64,000 nt of DNA from NCBI GenBank assembly GCA_963713865.1, contig OY970208.1, forward strand, positions 192,001 through 256,000, written 5' to 3'. Positions within the stretch are counted from its first letter, which is position 1. Each line of letters begins with the position of its first letter. Position numbers and translations under genes: made by a program. The notes beneath the pieces were generated by a model. The model was not told the origin of the DNA, did not search any database, and saw nothing but the letters and a program-made list of their open reading frames with translations. Source of the stretch: an uncultured candidate division Zixibacteria bacterium. GTDB taxonomy: Bacteria; Zixibacteria; MSB-5A5; RBG-16-43-9. Below are positions 29,125 to 38,666 of this stretch, one piece after another.

Positions 29125-30624
29125 TTATCTTCTAAAAAGAGTATCAGGAATTATTCCCGGATACTCCGTCTCAATCCGGGCAAGAATCTCTTTATACTTT
29201 TTCTCATCCTTCAACTCCTGCTGATAGATTCTCACAAGATTGAGAAGGGAATTCAGTCCGGCCTCTGTCCCTGGATTTTTTTCTGCTATTTTTAATAAAA
29301 TAGATACTGCTTTATCCCATTCTTTTTGTAAGGTACAGAGCTTGGCTTTCTGGCTCTCTATCAAAATTGCAAAAGGTTTATCTTTATATTTATTCAGGAG
29401 CTGATCATAATGTTCAATACCTTTTTCAAAAGACTCCTTAGCTAAGGCTTTATTTTCTTTGAGGTAATATGCAACTACTTTCAAAGGAGACTCTAATCCC
29501 TCCGTGGTCAAAGGATAATTGACCATTAACCAATTGTACTCATTGAGGGATCTCTCCCACTCTCCAGTGTTCTCATAGATCTGGGCAATCAGGTATTGAG
29601 AGGTGGCAATAAATCGATCTGTTTCTGGATAAAGTTTTTGCACCCTGGAAAGCTCCTGCTTAGCCCTGGAATAATCTTTCTTTTGTAAATATATCATCCC
29701 GATCTTCATCTGAGCTTCAGCCTTAGAGGAGGAATCAGGGGATGAATTAATCACCCGATAGAAAGTCAACAGGGAATTCTTTTCATCTTTCAGATAGTCA
29801 TAATATATATTTCCAACCTGTAAAAGGACCGAGCCGGGGGTTTGTCCGGTTGAATCTTTTGCAGTTTCTAAAATCACAATCGACTCTTCCCAGAGGTTCT
29901 GAAATTGATATGCCCGGGCTAAACTTAAGGTAGCTGCCAAAGAGACTTGAGTATTAGGATAAGTGCGGATCAGGTTTTGAAAATATTTTTGGACATACTC
30001 AAATTCACTCTCCCTTCTGGCTTTTTCTTCTCCTGGAGAAAAAAGCTGGATCAGATGGTTGGGTACAGAAAAAATATCCGGGTCAGGCAGTCTTTTTTTC
30101 ATTACCGCCGGGTAATTATCTAAAAGCTGATGATAAGTCTGAACGGCTTTTTCCTTTTCATTTCTTTTCTCGTAGATCTGGGCTAAGCCTAATAGAGCAT
30201 TTTTACCTTGATTTTTGCTTTCGGGATATTTTCTCAGAACATTTTCTAAAGATCTCTGAGCCGAGTCGAAATCTTTTTGCATAATATAAAGCTCGGCTAT
30301 GCGCAGTTCAGCTGATGCGGCAATATCGGAGATGTCCTTTTCTAAAGGTACCCCCGGCTGAGTAGAAGCCAAAGCCACTACCTCTTGGTAGGATTGAACA
30401 ACCTTTTTAAAATCAGCCGGAGCAGCGGCTTTTAAATTTATAGACAAAACCTTCCTCATCTTCTCTGACTTGTAGAAATTTTTCTCAATCTTATAGCGCA
30501 GGGAAAGGTTTTTTTGATTTGAACAGGAAGATGTCAGAATAAATACGCTGACAAAGAGAAGAAAAGTTATAAAATAGAAAACCTTCCCAGAATATATCCA
30601 GGGGATATTTATTTTTCTTTTCAA
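29125..30624 (-). CDS. TPR-repeat lipoprotein
   Basis: Hydrophobic leader ending TSSC; repeated YP.S/T TPR units. Confidence 0.8.
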   Translation of the reverse strand: MKRKINIPWIYSGKVFYFITFLLFVSVFILTSSCSNQKNLSLRYKIEKNFYKSEKMRKVLSINLKAAAPADFKKVVQSYQEVVALASTQPGVPLEKDISDIAASAELRIAELYIMQKDFDSAQRSLENVLRKYPESKNQGKNALLGLAQIYEKRNEKEKAVQTYHQLLDNYPAVMKKRLPDPDIFSVPNHLIQLFSPGEEKARRESEFEYVQKYFQNLIRTYPNTQVSLAATLSLARAYQFQNLWEESIVILETAKDSTGQTPGSVLLQVGNIYYDYLKDEKNSLLTFYRVINSSPDSSSKAEAQMKIGMIYLQKKDYSRAKQELSRVQKLYPETDRFIATSQYLIAQIYENTGEWERSLNEYNWLMVNYPLTTEGLESPLKVVAYYLKENKALAKESFEKGIEHYDQLLNKYKDKPFAILIESQKAKLCTLQKEWDKAVSILLKIAEKNPGTEAGLNSLLNLVRIYQQELKDEKKYKEILARIETEYPGIIPDTLFRR

Positions 30625-30799
30625 TTTATTTTCTCCATAAGTCCCTCTCTTTTTTAAAGAGAGGGTAGAGGTAAGTTCTTTTTATCAATTTTTATCCGGC
30701 ATAAAGTCTGATAATACTTTTTTTACTCCTGTATCAATCCTAATATATTGTAGGAATAGAACCCACCTGAGGCGAATTCTGTCCCTGCACTTCTTATGT

Positions 30800-32053
30800 T
30801 TATAAATTCTCTCTCATGGCACAGAAATCACCACACATACCGCACTTGCGGTAATCGGCCGGGATTTTTCCTCTTTTCTCCTTTGTTTTTTCAGGGTCTA
30901 AACTTAAGGCTATCATCTTTTCCCATTCAAAGGATTTGCGAGCTTTTGAGATATCCTCATCTATATTTTTAACACCTTTTATCCCTTTGGCAATGTCAGC
31001 CGCATGGGCAGCGATCCTGGAGGCGATAATCCCTTCTCTTACATCCTCTAAACTCGGTAAAGTAAGATGTTCTGCTGGAGTCACATAACAGAGAAAGTCA
31101 GCACCATAGGCACCAGCAATGGCTCCGCCTATGGCAGAGACGATATGGTCATATCCGGGAGCGCAGTCTATAACCAGAGGTCCTAATACATAAAAGGGAG
31201 CCTCCTCACACAATTTCTTCTCCAGAAGGACATTTGCCTCTATCTCTTGAATGGGGATATGGCCTGGTCCTTCCACCATTGCGAAAACCCCCTTTTCTCT
31301 TGCTCTCTGAACCAGTTCTCCCAAAACTAAAAGCTCATCCATCTGCACCCGGTCAGTTGAATCTGCAATCGAGCCAGGTCTTAAGCCATCCCCTAAGCTT
31401 AGGGTGGCATTATACGATTTTACCAGGTCTAAAAGCTCATCATAATATTCATACAGAGGGTTTTCCTTTTGATTTACTTTCATCCACCGGGCTAAAAAAG
31501 AGCCTCCCCGGCTGACAATCCCGGTTAGCCTTTTTTTTCTCTCTATAGTCTGCAGAGCTCTTTTAGTCAACCCGCAATGCACCGTAATGAAATCAACCCC
31601 GGTCTCTAAATGATCCTCTATAACCGAAAAAAGCTCCTCCTTTTTCATTCCCTCCGAGCTTTTACCCTGTTTAGCTAAATTGCATACAGCCTCATAGATC
31701 GGCACAGTCCCGATTGGAATTATGGATTTATTCAAAATCTCAATCCTCAAATCCCTGATATTCCCTCCGGTGGAGAGATCCATAACTGTGTCTGCTCCGT
31801 ATTTGATAGAAACTTCTAATTTTTTTAATTCTAAATCGAAATCTACAAAATCGGGTGAGGTGCCTAAATTAGCATTGATCTTAGTCCTTAATCCCTTTCC
31901 TATACCCACCGGTTTTATATTCTTATGCAAGCGATTTTTAAGGATAACGATTCTACCAGATTTAATATTTTCAGTGAGGAAGTCTATGGAGACCTTCTCT
32001 TCCAGAGCAATATTTTCAAGCTCATCCTTGCTTAAAAATTCAAATTCAGACAT
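30800..32053 (-). CDS. thiC: Phosphomethylpyrimidine synthase
   Basis: KINANLGTS, GADTVMDLSTG, IGTVPIY, IVSRGGS, SLGDGLRPG, EGPGH, YVTPAEHL, CGMCGDFC. Confidence 0.92.
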   Translation of the reverse strand: MSEFEFLSKDELENIALEEKVSIDFLTENIKSGRIVILKNRLHKNIKPVGIGKGLRTKINANLGTSPDFVDFDLELKKLEVSIKYGADTVMDLSTGGNIRDLRIEILNKSIIPIGTVPIYEAVCNLAKQGKSSEGMKKEELFSVIEDHLETGVDFITVHCGLTKRALQTIERKKRLTGIVSRGGSFLARWMKVNQKENPLYEYYDELLDLVKSYNATLSLGDGLRPGSIADSTDRVQMDELLVLGELVQRAREKGVFAMVEGPGHIPIQEIEANVLLEKKLCEEAPFYVLGPLVIDCAPGYDHIVSAIGGAIAGAYGADFLCYVTPAEHLTLPSLEDVREGIIASRIAAHAADIAKGIKGVKNIDEDISKARKSFEWEKMIALSLDPEKTKEKRGKIPADYRKCGMCGDFCAMRENL

Positions 32054-32272
32054 TTATCCTTCACCTTCTTCCTTATGGGTCGTAGAGCTTTTCCCGACTT
32101 TTCACACTATTAATATCGGCCTAAATTAATACGTTAATACCCCTTATAACTTTTGTCAAGGATTAAATCCTAAAAAAAGGTTCAATGGTTCAAGGTTTCC
32201 AAAAGTTAAAAAAAGATAATAATGAATAATAAGACTTTCCTCTCAGATTTTCCTTTATTTTCTATTTTTTTC

Positions 32273-32301
32273 TTGACAACTGCACTAATGTGCAGTATAC
32301 T
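32273..32301 (+). promoter_or_regulatory. lexA promoter with palindromic operator filling the spacer
   Basis: TTGACA-17-TATACT; ACTGCAC-TAAT-GTGCAGT at 32279-32296. Confidence 0.8.
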
Positions 32302-32384
32302 AATTTAGGCAATAGGCAAAAGTCTAAAGTCTTGAAAAGACTATAGACTTAAGACTATAGACTGTTTTTAATGGAGGAGAGTAA

Positions 32385-32996
32385 ATGAAAGAATTAACCC
32401 AAAGACAGAAAGAGGTGTTGGATTTTATCTCCGAGATGACGGAGAAAAAGGGATTCCCTCCTACCATAAGGGAGATAGGTCAAAAATTTAAGATCACCTC
32501 TACTAACGGGGTAAGGGCGATCTTATCCGCTTTGAGCAGTAAAGGTTATATTCACCGGAAACCTTTAATTTCCAGAGGGATCGAACTTTTAAAGGCGGTC
32601 AGGCCTGATCTGGTCTATGTCCCTTTAGTGGGAAGGATATCCGCAGGATTGCCGGTTTTAGCAGTGGAGAATATCGAAGGTAACATAGGTATTGATAAAA
32701 CCCTTTTCCCCGGGGATGGGATTTTCTTTTTAAAAGTAATTGGAGATAGTATGAAGGATGCCGGAATTTTAAATGGAGATTATGTTCTTGCCCAACAGCA
32801 AAAGACTGCGGAGAAAGGGGAGATAGTAGTAGCTATGATCGGAAGTGAGGCAACGGTTAAAAGATTTTTCCCGGAAAAGAATAGAGTGAGATTGGAGCCG
32901 GCTAATCCGGAATATGGTCCCATAATCGTGGAGAAGAAAACTCCTGATTTTTTCATCGCTGGGAAGGTCATCGGACTTCTGAGAAAATACCGGTAG
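32385..32996 (+). CDS. lexA: SOS repressor LexA
   Basis: LTQRQ..VL.FI, PPTIREI, Ala-Gly cleavage site (ISAG.P), GDSM, ATVK. Confidence 0.96.
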   Translation: MKELTQRQKEVLDFISEMTEKKGFPPTIREIGQKFKITSTNGVRAILSALSSKGYIHRKPLISRGIELLKAVRPDLVYVPLVGRISAGLPVLAVENIEGNIGIDKTLFPGDGIFFLKVIGDSMKDAGILNGDYVLAQQQKTAEKGEIVVAMIGSEATVKRFFPEKNRVRLEPANPEYGPIIVEKKTPDFFIAGKVIGLLRKYR

Positions 32997-33127
32997 GTTG
33001 CAGGGGTAATTCATGAATTACCCCTGCAAGTAACAAAGCTTGGGCAGGAGTTGAACTCCTGTCCAAGCAGGAGAACCTTTATCCAATATCCGATTTCTGT
33101 CATTAGTAATATCTTTTGCGAATAATT

Positions 33128-33377
33128 ATGTATCAGAATATAGAAGAGCCAATTGAGGTCTTAGCTCTGTTCCAGCAAGGGAAAATCCTGCCCCTTAAGT
33201 TCAGATGGAAAGGAAGAACTTATAAGATTAAGCGTTCTGGAAAATAAATGGAAAAGCGATGCCGGAGAAAAAAACTGCTGGTATTTTTCAGTCTGCGACT
33301 CTGCCTCTAATCTTTTTCAGTTAACCTATAATGAAGAATATCATACCTGGCAACTGACCAGTCTCTGGGTGGAATAA
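33128..33377 (+). pseudogene. Small lexA-linked protein (DUF6504-like), one extra base at about 33235
   Basis: MYQNIEEPIEVLALFQQGKILPLKFRWKGRTYKIKR + LENKWKSDAGEKNCWYFSVCDSASNLFQLTYNEEYHTWQLTSLWVE; 82 aa when one T is removed. Confidence 0.7.
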
Positions 33378-33484
33378 AATCCGGAGTGCAAAAGCACGTA
33401 ATCTGTGTCTTGAGACTTGCTTTTGCCTATTTTTATTCATTTGAGAAGTATATTACTGAAGATAAGATGATTTCAAATCGCAAA

Positions 33485-33682
33485 TCATTTATAACACTGT
33501 AAAAATCTCTTTAACGATCGATCGTAAGTCTTTTCCACCTCTTTGGGGAAAAAACAGGCTGGAAGCTGTTTTGAGCTCCAATGGTATCTCAAACACTCAC
33601 AGCATCTTCCCTTTCTCTCGCAGGACTCATAAGTACAGACACAATCAGTTAAATTATCTGTTAAATTGTCACATTGTTTCAT
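33485..33682 (-). CDS. Small Cys-rich protein (DUF6485-like)
   Basis: RBS GAGGAG; C.CTY..C.RKG.CCEC..YH...QLPACFF...EKTYDRS. Confidence 0.8.
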   Translation of the reverse strand: MKQCDNLTDNLTDCVCTYESCERKGRCCECLRYHWSSKQLPACFFPKEVEKTYDRSLKRFLQCYK

Positions 33683-33835
33683 AGAAACTCCTCATTTATT
33701 GCAGAGCTAGGAGCCCTGTCTACACTCCTGTATATTTGGTAATCCCTGACCTTGCCCACAAGGTGGGATTCTTAGACCCATCTTGAGGGCAAGATGGGTC
33801 TACCTACTCCCCCCATAGAGGGAAAGGGAACTCAT

Positions 33836-34600
33836 TCAGAAAACCTTCACCGGTACTTTAATCTCTTTCTCAGTTTGTTCAGCAATTTTATACAATACTT
33901 CTTTAGGAATTTTCTCAATCCCTTTATCCGGCACCGGACGGTCGCAGGTATAGATTTGAACCTCTCTGGGTTTTATTATTTTTAATTTCGAAATCCATTC
34001 ATCTACTTCTTCATCTATTGTATTATCTACCCTTCCTTTAACAAAAATAGTTTGGATTACAATATCTTTCAACTTTTTAAAGCCTTCCACCATCTTTTTA
34101 AGACTCAAGCTTTTATGAGGATGATTTAAAGCCCTCCAGGTTTTCTCTGTGCCGCAATCCAATTTCATTATCCTGAGGTCTAATTTCTCAAGAGCTTTTC
34201 TTATTTCGGGTTGATCCACAGTTGAAGAATTTGACAAAACGGCAACTTTGACTGAAGGAACATATTTATCCCTTACCTTCTTGACTATATCCACCATCTC
34301 AGAAAATTCAGGATGAAGAGTTGGTTCTCCGTTTCCAGAGAAGGTAATAAAATTTATATTTTTATCTTTTTCCAGATAATTCTCTAATGCAATTTTCACT
34401 TCTTCTGGAGTAGGTAGGTCCTCAATCTTCTCTGTAAGTTCCAAAGCATGGATATCAGTATAACCATAATGGCAGTAAATACAATTATAAGAGCATAGCT
34501 TATAATCAGCCGGCATCAGATTTATACCCAGAGAAGGACCCAATCTCCTGGATTTTATTGGACCATAAATTATTTCTTTTTGTAAAGCCAACAAGTTCAT
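33836..34600 (-). CDS. Radical SAM protein
   Basis: YGPI.SRRLG.SLGIN, CSYNCIYC, FSGNGEPTLHP. Confidence 0.9.
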   Translation of the reverse strand: MNLLALQKEIIYGPIKSRRLGPSLGINLMPADYKLCSYNCIYCHYGYTDIHALELTEKIEDLPTPEEVKIALENYLEKDKNINFITFSGNGEPTLHPEFSEMVDIVKKVRDKYVPSVKVAVLSNSSTVDQPEIRKALEKLDLRIMKLDCGTEKTWRALNHPHKSLSLKKMVEGFKKLKDIVIQTIFVKGRVDNTIDEEVDEWISKLKIIKPREVQIYTCDRPVPDKGIEKIPKEVLYKIAEQTEKEIKVPVKVF

Positions 34601-34830
34601 ATCAATCCTTTCTCTTATGCAACCAATATATGTTTCCTCAAAGCCCAAAAATTATACTTATTTAAGGGATTAAAGTCAATAAAAAATCCCTGGCTCAATA
34701 GTGTATATTAATTGTGAAAAATTTTCTTGGAGTTGAAACTTCATCTTCTTCAGGTTTAGCTTAAATTTAGATTTGTTTTATCTAACTTTAAGACTTATAT
34801 TATCATAAATTTTCAAATCGAGGTAGAGAT

Positions 34831-35166
34831 ATGAAGCTGATTAGTTATAAGAAAGTTAAAGCGGAAAAAATTGACGACCCTCAGTCAAAGGATGTTAAGA
34901 TAAGATGGGCGATCAATAAAGAAGATGGTGCCCCAAATTTTGCCCTGCGGGTTTTTGAGCTTAAGCCCGGTGGTTATACTCCTTATCACTCTCACAAATG
35001 GGAACATGAGGTCTTCATCAAAAAGGGAAAGGGGAAACTACTCTGGGAGGGTAAAAGTATACCTCTTAAGGAAGGGGATATTATTTTCATTCCCGGTGGA
35101 GAAAAACATCAATTCCTAAATAACTCCAGAGGAGTTTTAGAATTTCTCTGTATGATACCACTTTAA
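34831..35166 (+). CDS. Cupin domain protein
   Basis: TPYHSH.WEHE, IFIPGGEKHQF. Confidence 0.9.
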   Translation: MKLISYKKVKAEKIDDPQSKDVKIRWAINKEDGAPNFALRVFELKPGGYTPYHSHKWEHEVFIKKGKGKLLWEGKSIPLKEGDIIFIPGGEKHQFLNNSRGVLEFLCMIPL

Positions 35167-35239
35167 CCTGGAGTGTAAACCTTCAGGTTTACCATAAGAT
35201 AAAGCTAAAGCTTTATATTCCAGATTCGAGAGGGAAAAT

Positions 35240-36505
35240 ATGAAAACAAAAATTCTATTCTTTTTATTCTTTTCTATTTTCTGTTTATATAATCCTGTTA
35301 AAGCAGATAATCAGGAGGCAAACTTGGAAACAAAAGTAAAAGAGGTTCAACAATATTTGAAAGAGAATAACCTTCCCGCCTGGCTTTTATATGACTTCAA
35401 GGGGATAAACCCGATTGCAGTTGATTTTCTTAACCTGAAAGGTCTTAAGACCAGAAGATGGTATTATCTTATCAGAGCTGAAGGAGAGCCAACCGTTTTA
35501 GTGCACAAAATAGAAGAGCAGGGTTTTAAAAACATCCCTGGAAAACTCATCACCTATGTAAGCTGGGAAGACTTAAAAGAAAAGTTAAAAGAGCTCCTCT
35601 CAGGAGTAAAAACAGTGGTAATGGAATACTCTTTTGAAAACAATATCCCATATATTTCCAGAGTAGATGCTGGGACAATCGAGCTGATCAGAAGCTATGG
35701 AGTAGAAATTGTCTCCTCTGCTGATTTAGTTCAGTATTTTCAAGCTCGCTTGAATCAGGCCCAGTACCTTTCCCATAAAGAAGCTGCGCAAATCCTGATG
35801 AAGATCAAAGATGAAGCCTTTGAGTTTATCGCACAAAGGATCAAAAATAAAAAGGATGTGGACGAATTCGAAGTGGTTCAATTTATCCAGAATCGGATGA
35901 ATGAATCTGGAATGGCTAAGGAGGAGGATTTAATCTGTGCGGTCAATGAAAACAGCGGGAATCCCCATTATACCCCCACTCCGGCTGAGAATAAAAAAAT
36001 AAAAGAAGGTGATTTTGTACTCCTGGATATATGGGGGAAAATGAAGAAAGAGAAATCGATCTATGCGGATATCACCTGGACCGGTTTTGTAGGTGAAGAG
36101 GTCCCGGAGAAATATGTGCATATATTCAATATAGTGAAACAGGCAAGGGATGTAGCTCTTAATTTTCTCAAAGATAAATGGGTACAAGGAGAAAAGGTAA
36201 AAGGCTGGGAGGTGGATAAAGCCTGCAGAGATTTTATCGTCAAAGCGGGCTTTGGTGAAAATTTTACCCACCGAACCGGACATAGCCTGGGAACCGAAGA
36301 CCACGGAAATGGAGTCAATATAGACAACCTGGAGACCAAAGACGAAAGGAAGATAATCCCCGGAATAGGTTTTTCAATTGAGCCGGGAATCTATTTAAAG
36401 GAATTTGGAGTAAGAAGCGAGATTAATATCCACGTAAAAGACAAAGAGATTGAGGTAACCACTCTTCCCCTGCAGGAAGAGATAATCCCGGTTTTAAAAC
36501 TTTAG
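35240..36505 (+). CDS. M24 family Xaa-Pro aminopeptidase
   Basis: PHY, LLDIWG, YADITW, HRTGHSLG, FSIEPGIY, GVRSE. Confidence 0.92.
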   Translation: MKTKILFFLFFSIFCLYNPVKADNQEANLETKVKEVQQYLKENNLPAWLLYDFKGINPIAVDFLNLKGLKTRRWYYLIRAEGEPTVLVHKIEEQGFKNIPGKLITYVSWEDLKEKLKELLSGVKTVVMEYSFENNIPYISRVDAGTIELIRSYGVEIVSSADLVQYFQARLNQAQYLSHKEAAQILMKIKDEAFEFIAQRIKNKKDVDEFEVVQFIQNRMNESGMAKEEDLICAVNENSGNPHYTPTPAENKKIKEGDFVLLDIWGKMKKEKSIYADITWTGFVGEEVPEKYVHIFNIVKQARDVALNFLKDKWVQGEKVKGWEVDKACRDFIVKAGFGENFTHRTGHSLGTEDHGNGVNIDNLETKDERKIIPGIGFSIEPGIYLKEFGVRSEINIHVKDKEIEVTTLPLQEEIIPVLKL

Positions 36506-36525
36506 AAACCCAAGGGGGTGATAAA

Positions 36526-36930
36526 ATGTTTAAAAGATTGCATCTTGCATTATTTCTTTCAGCTTTAACCTTTATACCTTTGATCTGCCTTAATGCCCAG
36601 GAAAAATCCAATCTGGAGGTAACTGAGATCTTATTAGGAACCGGACTGGAGAACAGAGAGGTAACTGGCGTAGATACGACTTTTTCAGCAGACGTTGGTA
36701 AAATCTATTGTTGGACCAAGATAACCGGTGCAGCTTCAGAAACTCAAATTGCACATCATTGGTTTTTCGAAGACAAGGAAGTGGTGAAAATCGATATCTC
36801 GGTGAAATATCCAAGCTATCGCTGCTGGAGCATCAAGACCATCTATCCGGAGATGAAAGGTAACTGGAAAGTGGAGGTAAAAGATTCAGAGGGAAAAACC
36901 TTAGGCTCGATCAGTTTCACGGTTAAGTAG
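36526..36930 (+). CDS. DUF2914-like secreted protein
   Basis: Signal peptide; IYCWT.I, H.W, YRCWS.K, GNWKVEV.D..G..L..I.F.V. Confidence 0.8.
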   Translation: MFKRLHLALFLSALTFIPLICLNAQEKSNLEVTEILLGTGLENREVTGVDTTFSADVGKIYCWTKITGAASETQIAHHWFFEDKEVVKIDISVKYPSYRCWSIKTIYPEMKGNWKVEVKDSEGKTLGSISFTVK

Positions 36931-37035
36931 AATTTAGGATGAACTGTTCAAATGACTTTAGTCAGGTTATGCACTTACGCTCTTAAAGACATAGGGGTTC
37001 AACATTTTGAACCCCTACTATTTTAAAAATTTCGT

Positions 37036-37728
37036 ATGCAAATAGACCTCATCCAGATCGAAAGAAAATACGGAAAGCCAAAATCTTTAAGGATGTCTTT
37101 TCCTTTAAATTCAAAAGAATTTAAAAATCTCAAAGATAGCATGAAAGATGGCAGGGATTCAGATGTAACCTTATTTATTTTTAAAAATAGAAAAGTCGCC
37201 GTCATTGCCAAACCCTGGTATGAAGAAGGGCTCTATAGAGCACCCAGTGGAGGATGGAAACCTGGTGAGAGCCTGGAGGAGGTGGCTTTAAGGGAAGGTT
37301 ATGAAGAAACCGGGACAAAAATAAAATTACAGAGATATATCTTGAGAATCGAGGTCACCTTTTCACATAGCCATAAAGAGGTAATCTGGACCTCACACAT
37401 CTTCACTGCCAAATACCTCTCAGGTAAACTCCAGCCAATCGACAAAAGGGAGATAAAAGAGGTTAAACTCTTAACCTTAAAAGAGCTTTCTTACTTAAAA
37501 CCACTTTTGTTAAAAACTGGTTCTGGAGGGTTAGCTTACCGGGCAGCTTTAACTGAGAAAGCACTTGAGGAGATCAAAGAACGTAGGGGCGACCTTTATG
37601 GTCGCTCGCGGGAGGGGACAAGCCCCTCCCCTACGAAAACAACTACCAAATATAAAAGAGCAGGCACAGGGGCCTGCCCCTACTTTTTTAACCTGTTTAC
37701 TGTTTATCGTATGCTGTTTACTATTTAA
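37036..37728 (+). CDS. NUDIX hydrolase; C-terminal about 48 codons run through REP sequence
   Basis: Nudix box GGWKPGESLEEVALREGYEETG. Confidence 0.85.
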   Translation: MQIDLIQIERKYGKPKSLRMSFPLNSKEFKNLKDSMKDGRDSDVTLFIFKNRKVAVIAKPWYEEGLYRAPSGGWKPGESLEEVALREGYEETGTKIKLQRYILRIEVTFSHSHKEVIWTSHIFTAKYLSGKLQPIDKREIKEVKLLTLKELSYLKPLLLKTGSGGLAYRAALTEKALEEIKERRGDLYGRSREGTSPSPTKTTTKYKRAGTGACPYFFNLFTVYRMLFTI

Positions 37729-38641
37729 ACCTCTTCGGTGACCACTTCTCCCATTCGATCACAACTGGAGCAGCTACAAACCAGGATGAATAGGTTCCTT
37801 CTAAAACTCCTATTAGCAGGGTCAAAGCAAAATCATGTACCACCTCACCCGCAAAAATATAAATTGCCAGAACCGCTAAAAAGACAGTCCCTCCGGTGAT
37901 GATAGTCCGGCTTAAAACTTCATTTATGCTGGTATTTATAGTCCCGGCAAAATCTCCCTTCTTACGAAAGAGCTTAAGGTTCTCCCTTATCCGATCATAG
38001 ACCACAACTGTATCTGTCAGAGAATAACCGGCTATGGTCAAAAGAGCAGTTACGATCAGAAGGGTTATCTCCTTATGCAAGATGAATAGTATCCCCAAAA
38101 TCGATAAAATATCATGAAAAGTAGCGGCAGTAGCGGCAACACCAAATCGGAAATCAAATCTTATCCAGATATAAACTAAAATACCTGCCAGGGCAATAAT
38201 CAACGCCCACTGAGCTTGTTTCTGGAGTATCTTACCCACAGCCGGACCCACCTCGTCCACAGAATCTTTACGGAAAGTATTATCCGGAAACTCCTTTTTC
38301 AGAATATTCAAGACTTCATCCGCGATTTTACTACCTGTTTCCACAGTACTTTTCAACCGGATCAAAAAGAAATAAGGAATTCCTCTTTGAAGTTCAGTTA
38401 TCTCGGCATCTCCATATCCATTTCTAATTAGAACTTCCCTTACCTGTCCGATCTGAACAGGTTTCTCAAAACTTCCCTGAATCATAGTCCCGCCAGCAAA
38501 ATCGATACCCATATTAGCTTTACCTAAAAAAATGAAAGCAAAGGCGACTATTCCTAAAATAATCAGGATTCCAGAAAAGGCAAAAGCATAATACCTCATA
38601 CCAACGAAATTGATATTAGTCTTTTTGATTATCTCAAACAT
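37721..38641 (-). CDS. secF: Protein translocase subunit SecF
   Basis: GIDFAGG, VGPAVG, HD, GYSL.DTVVVYDRIREN, GTYSS. Confidence 0.96.
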   Translation of the reverse strand: MFEIIKKTNINFVGMRYYAFAFSGILIILGIVAFAFIFLGKANMGIDFAGGTMIQGSFEKPVQIGQVREVLIRNGYGDAEITELQRGIPYFFLIRLKSTVETGSKIADEVLNILKKEFPDNTFRKDSVDEVGPAVGKILQKQAQWALIIALAGILVYIWIRFDFRFGVAATAATFHDILSILGILFILHKEITLLIVTALLTIAGYSLTDTVVVYDRIRENLKLFRKKGDFAGTINTSINEVLSRTIITGGTVFLAVLAIYIFAGEVVHDFALTLLIGVLEGTYSSWFVAAPVVIEWEKWSPKRFK

Positions 38642-38666
38642 AGTTTATCCTTTAATAAAATGTAGG

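Noticed and set aside
32054-32270. TPP riboswitch upstream of thiC
   Set aside because: Conserved TPP aptamer motifs (CTGAGA, ACCTG..GGA) not found on the coding strand
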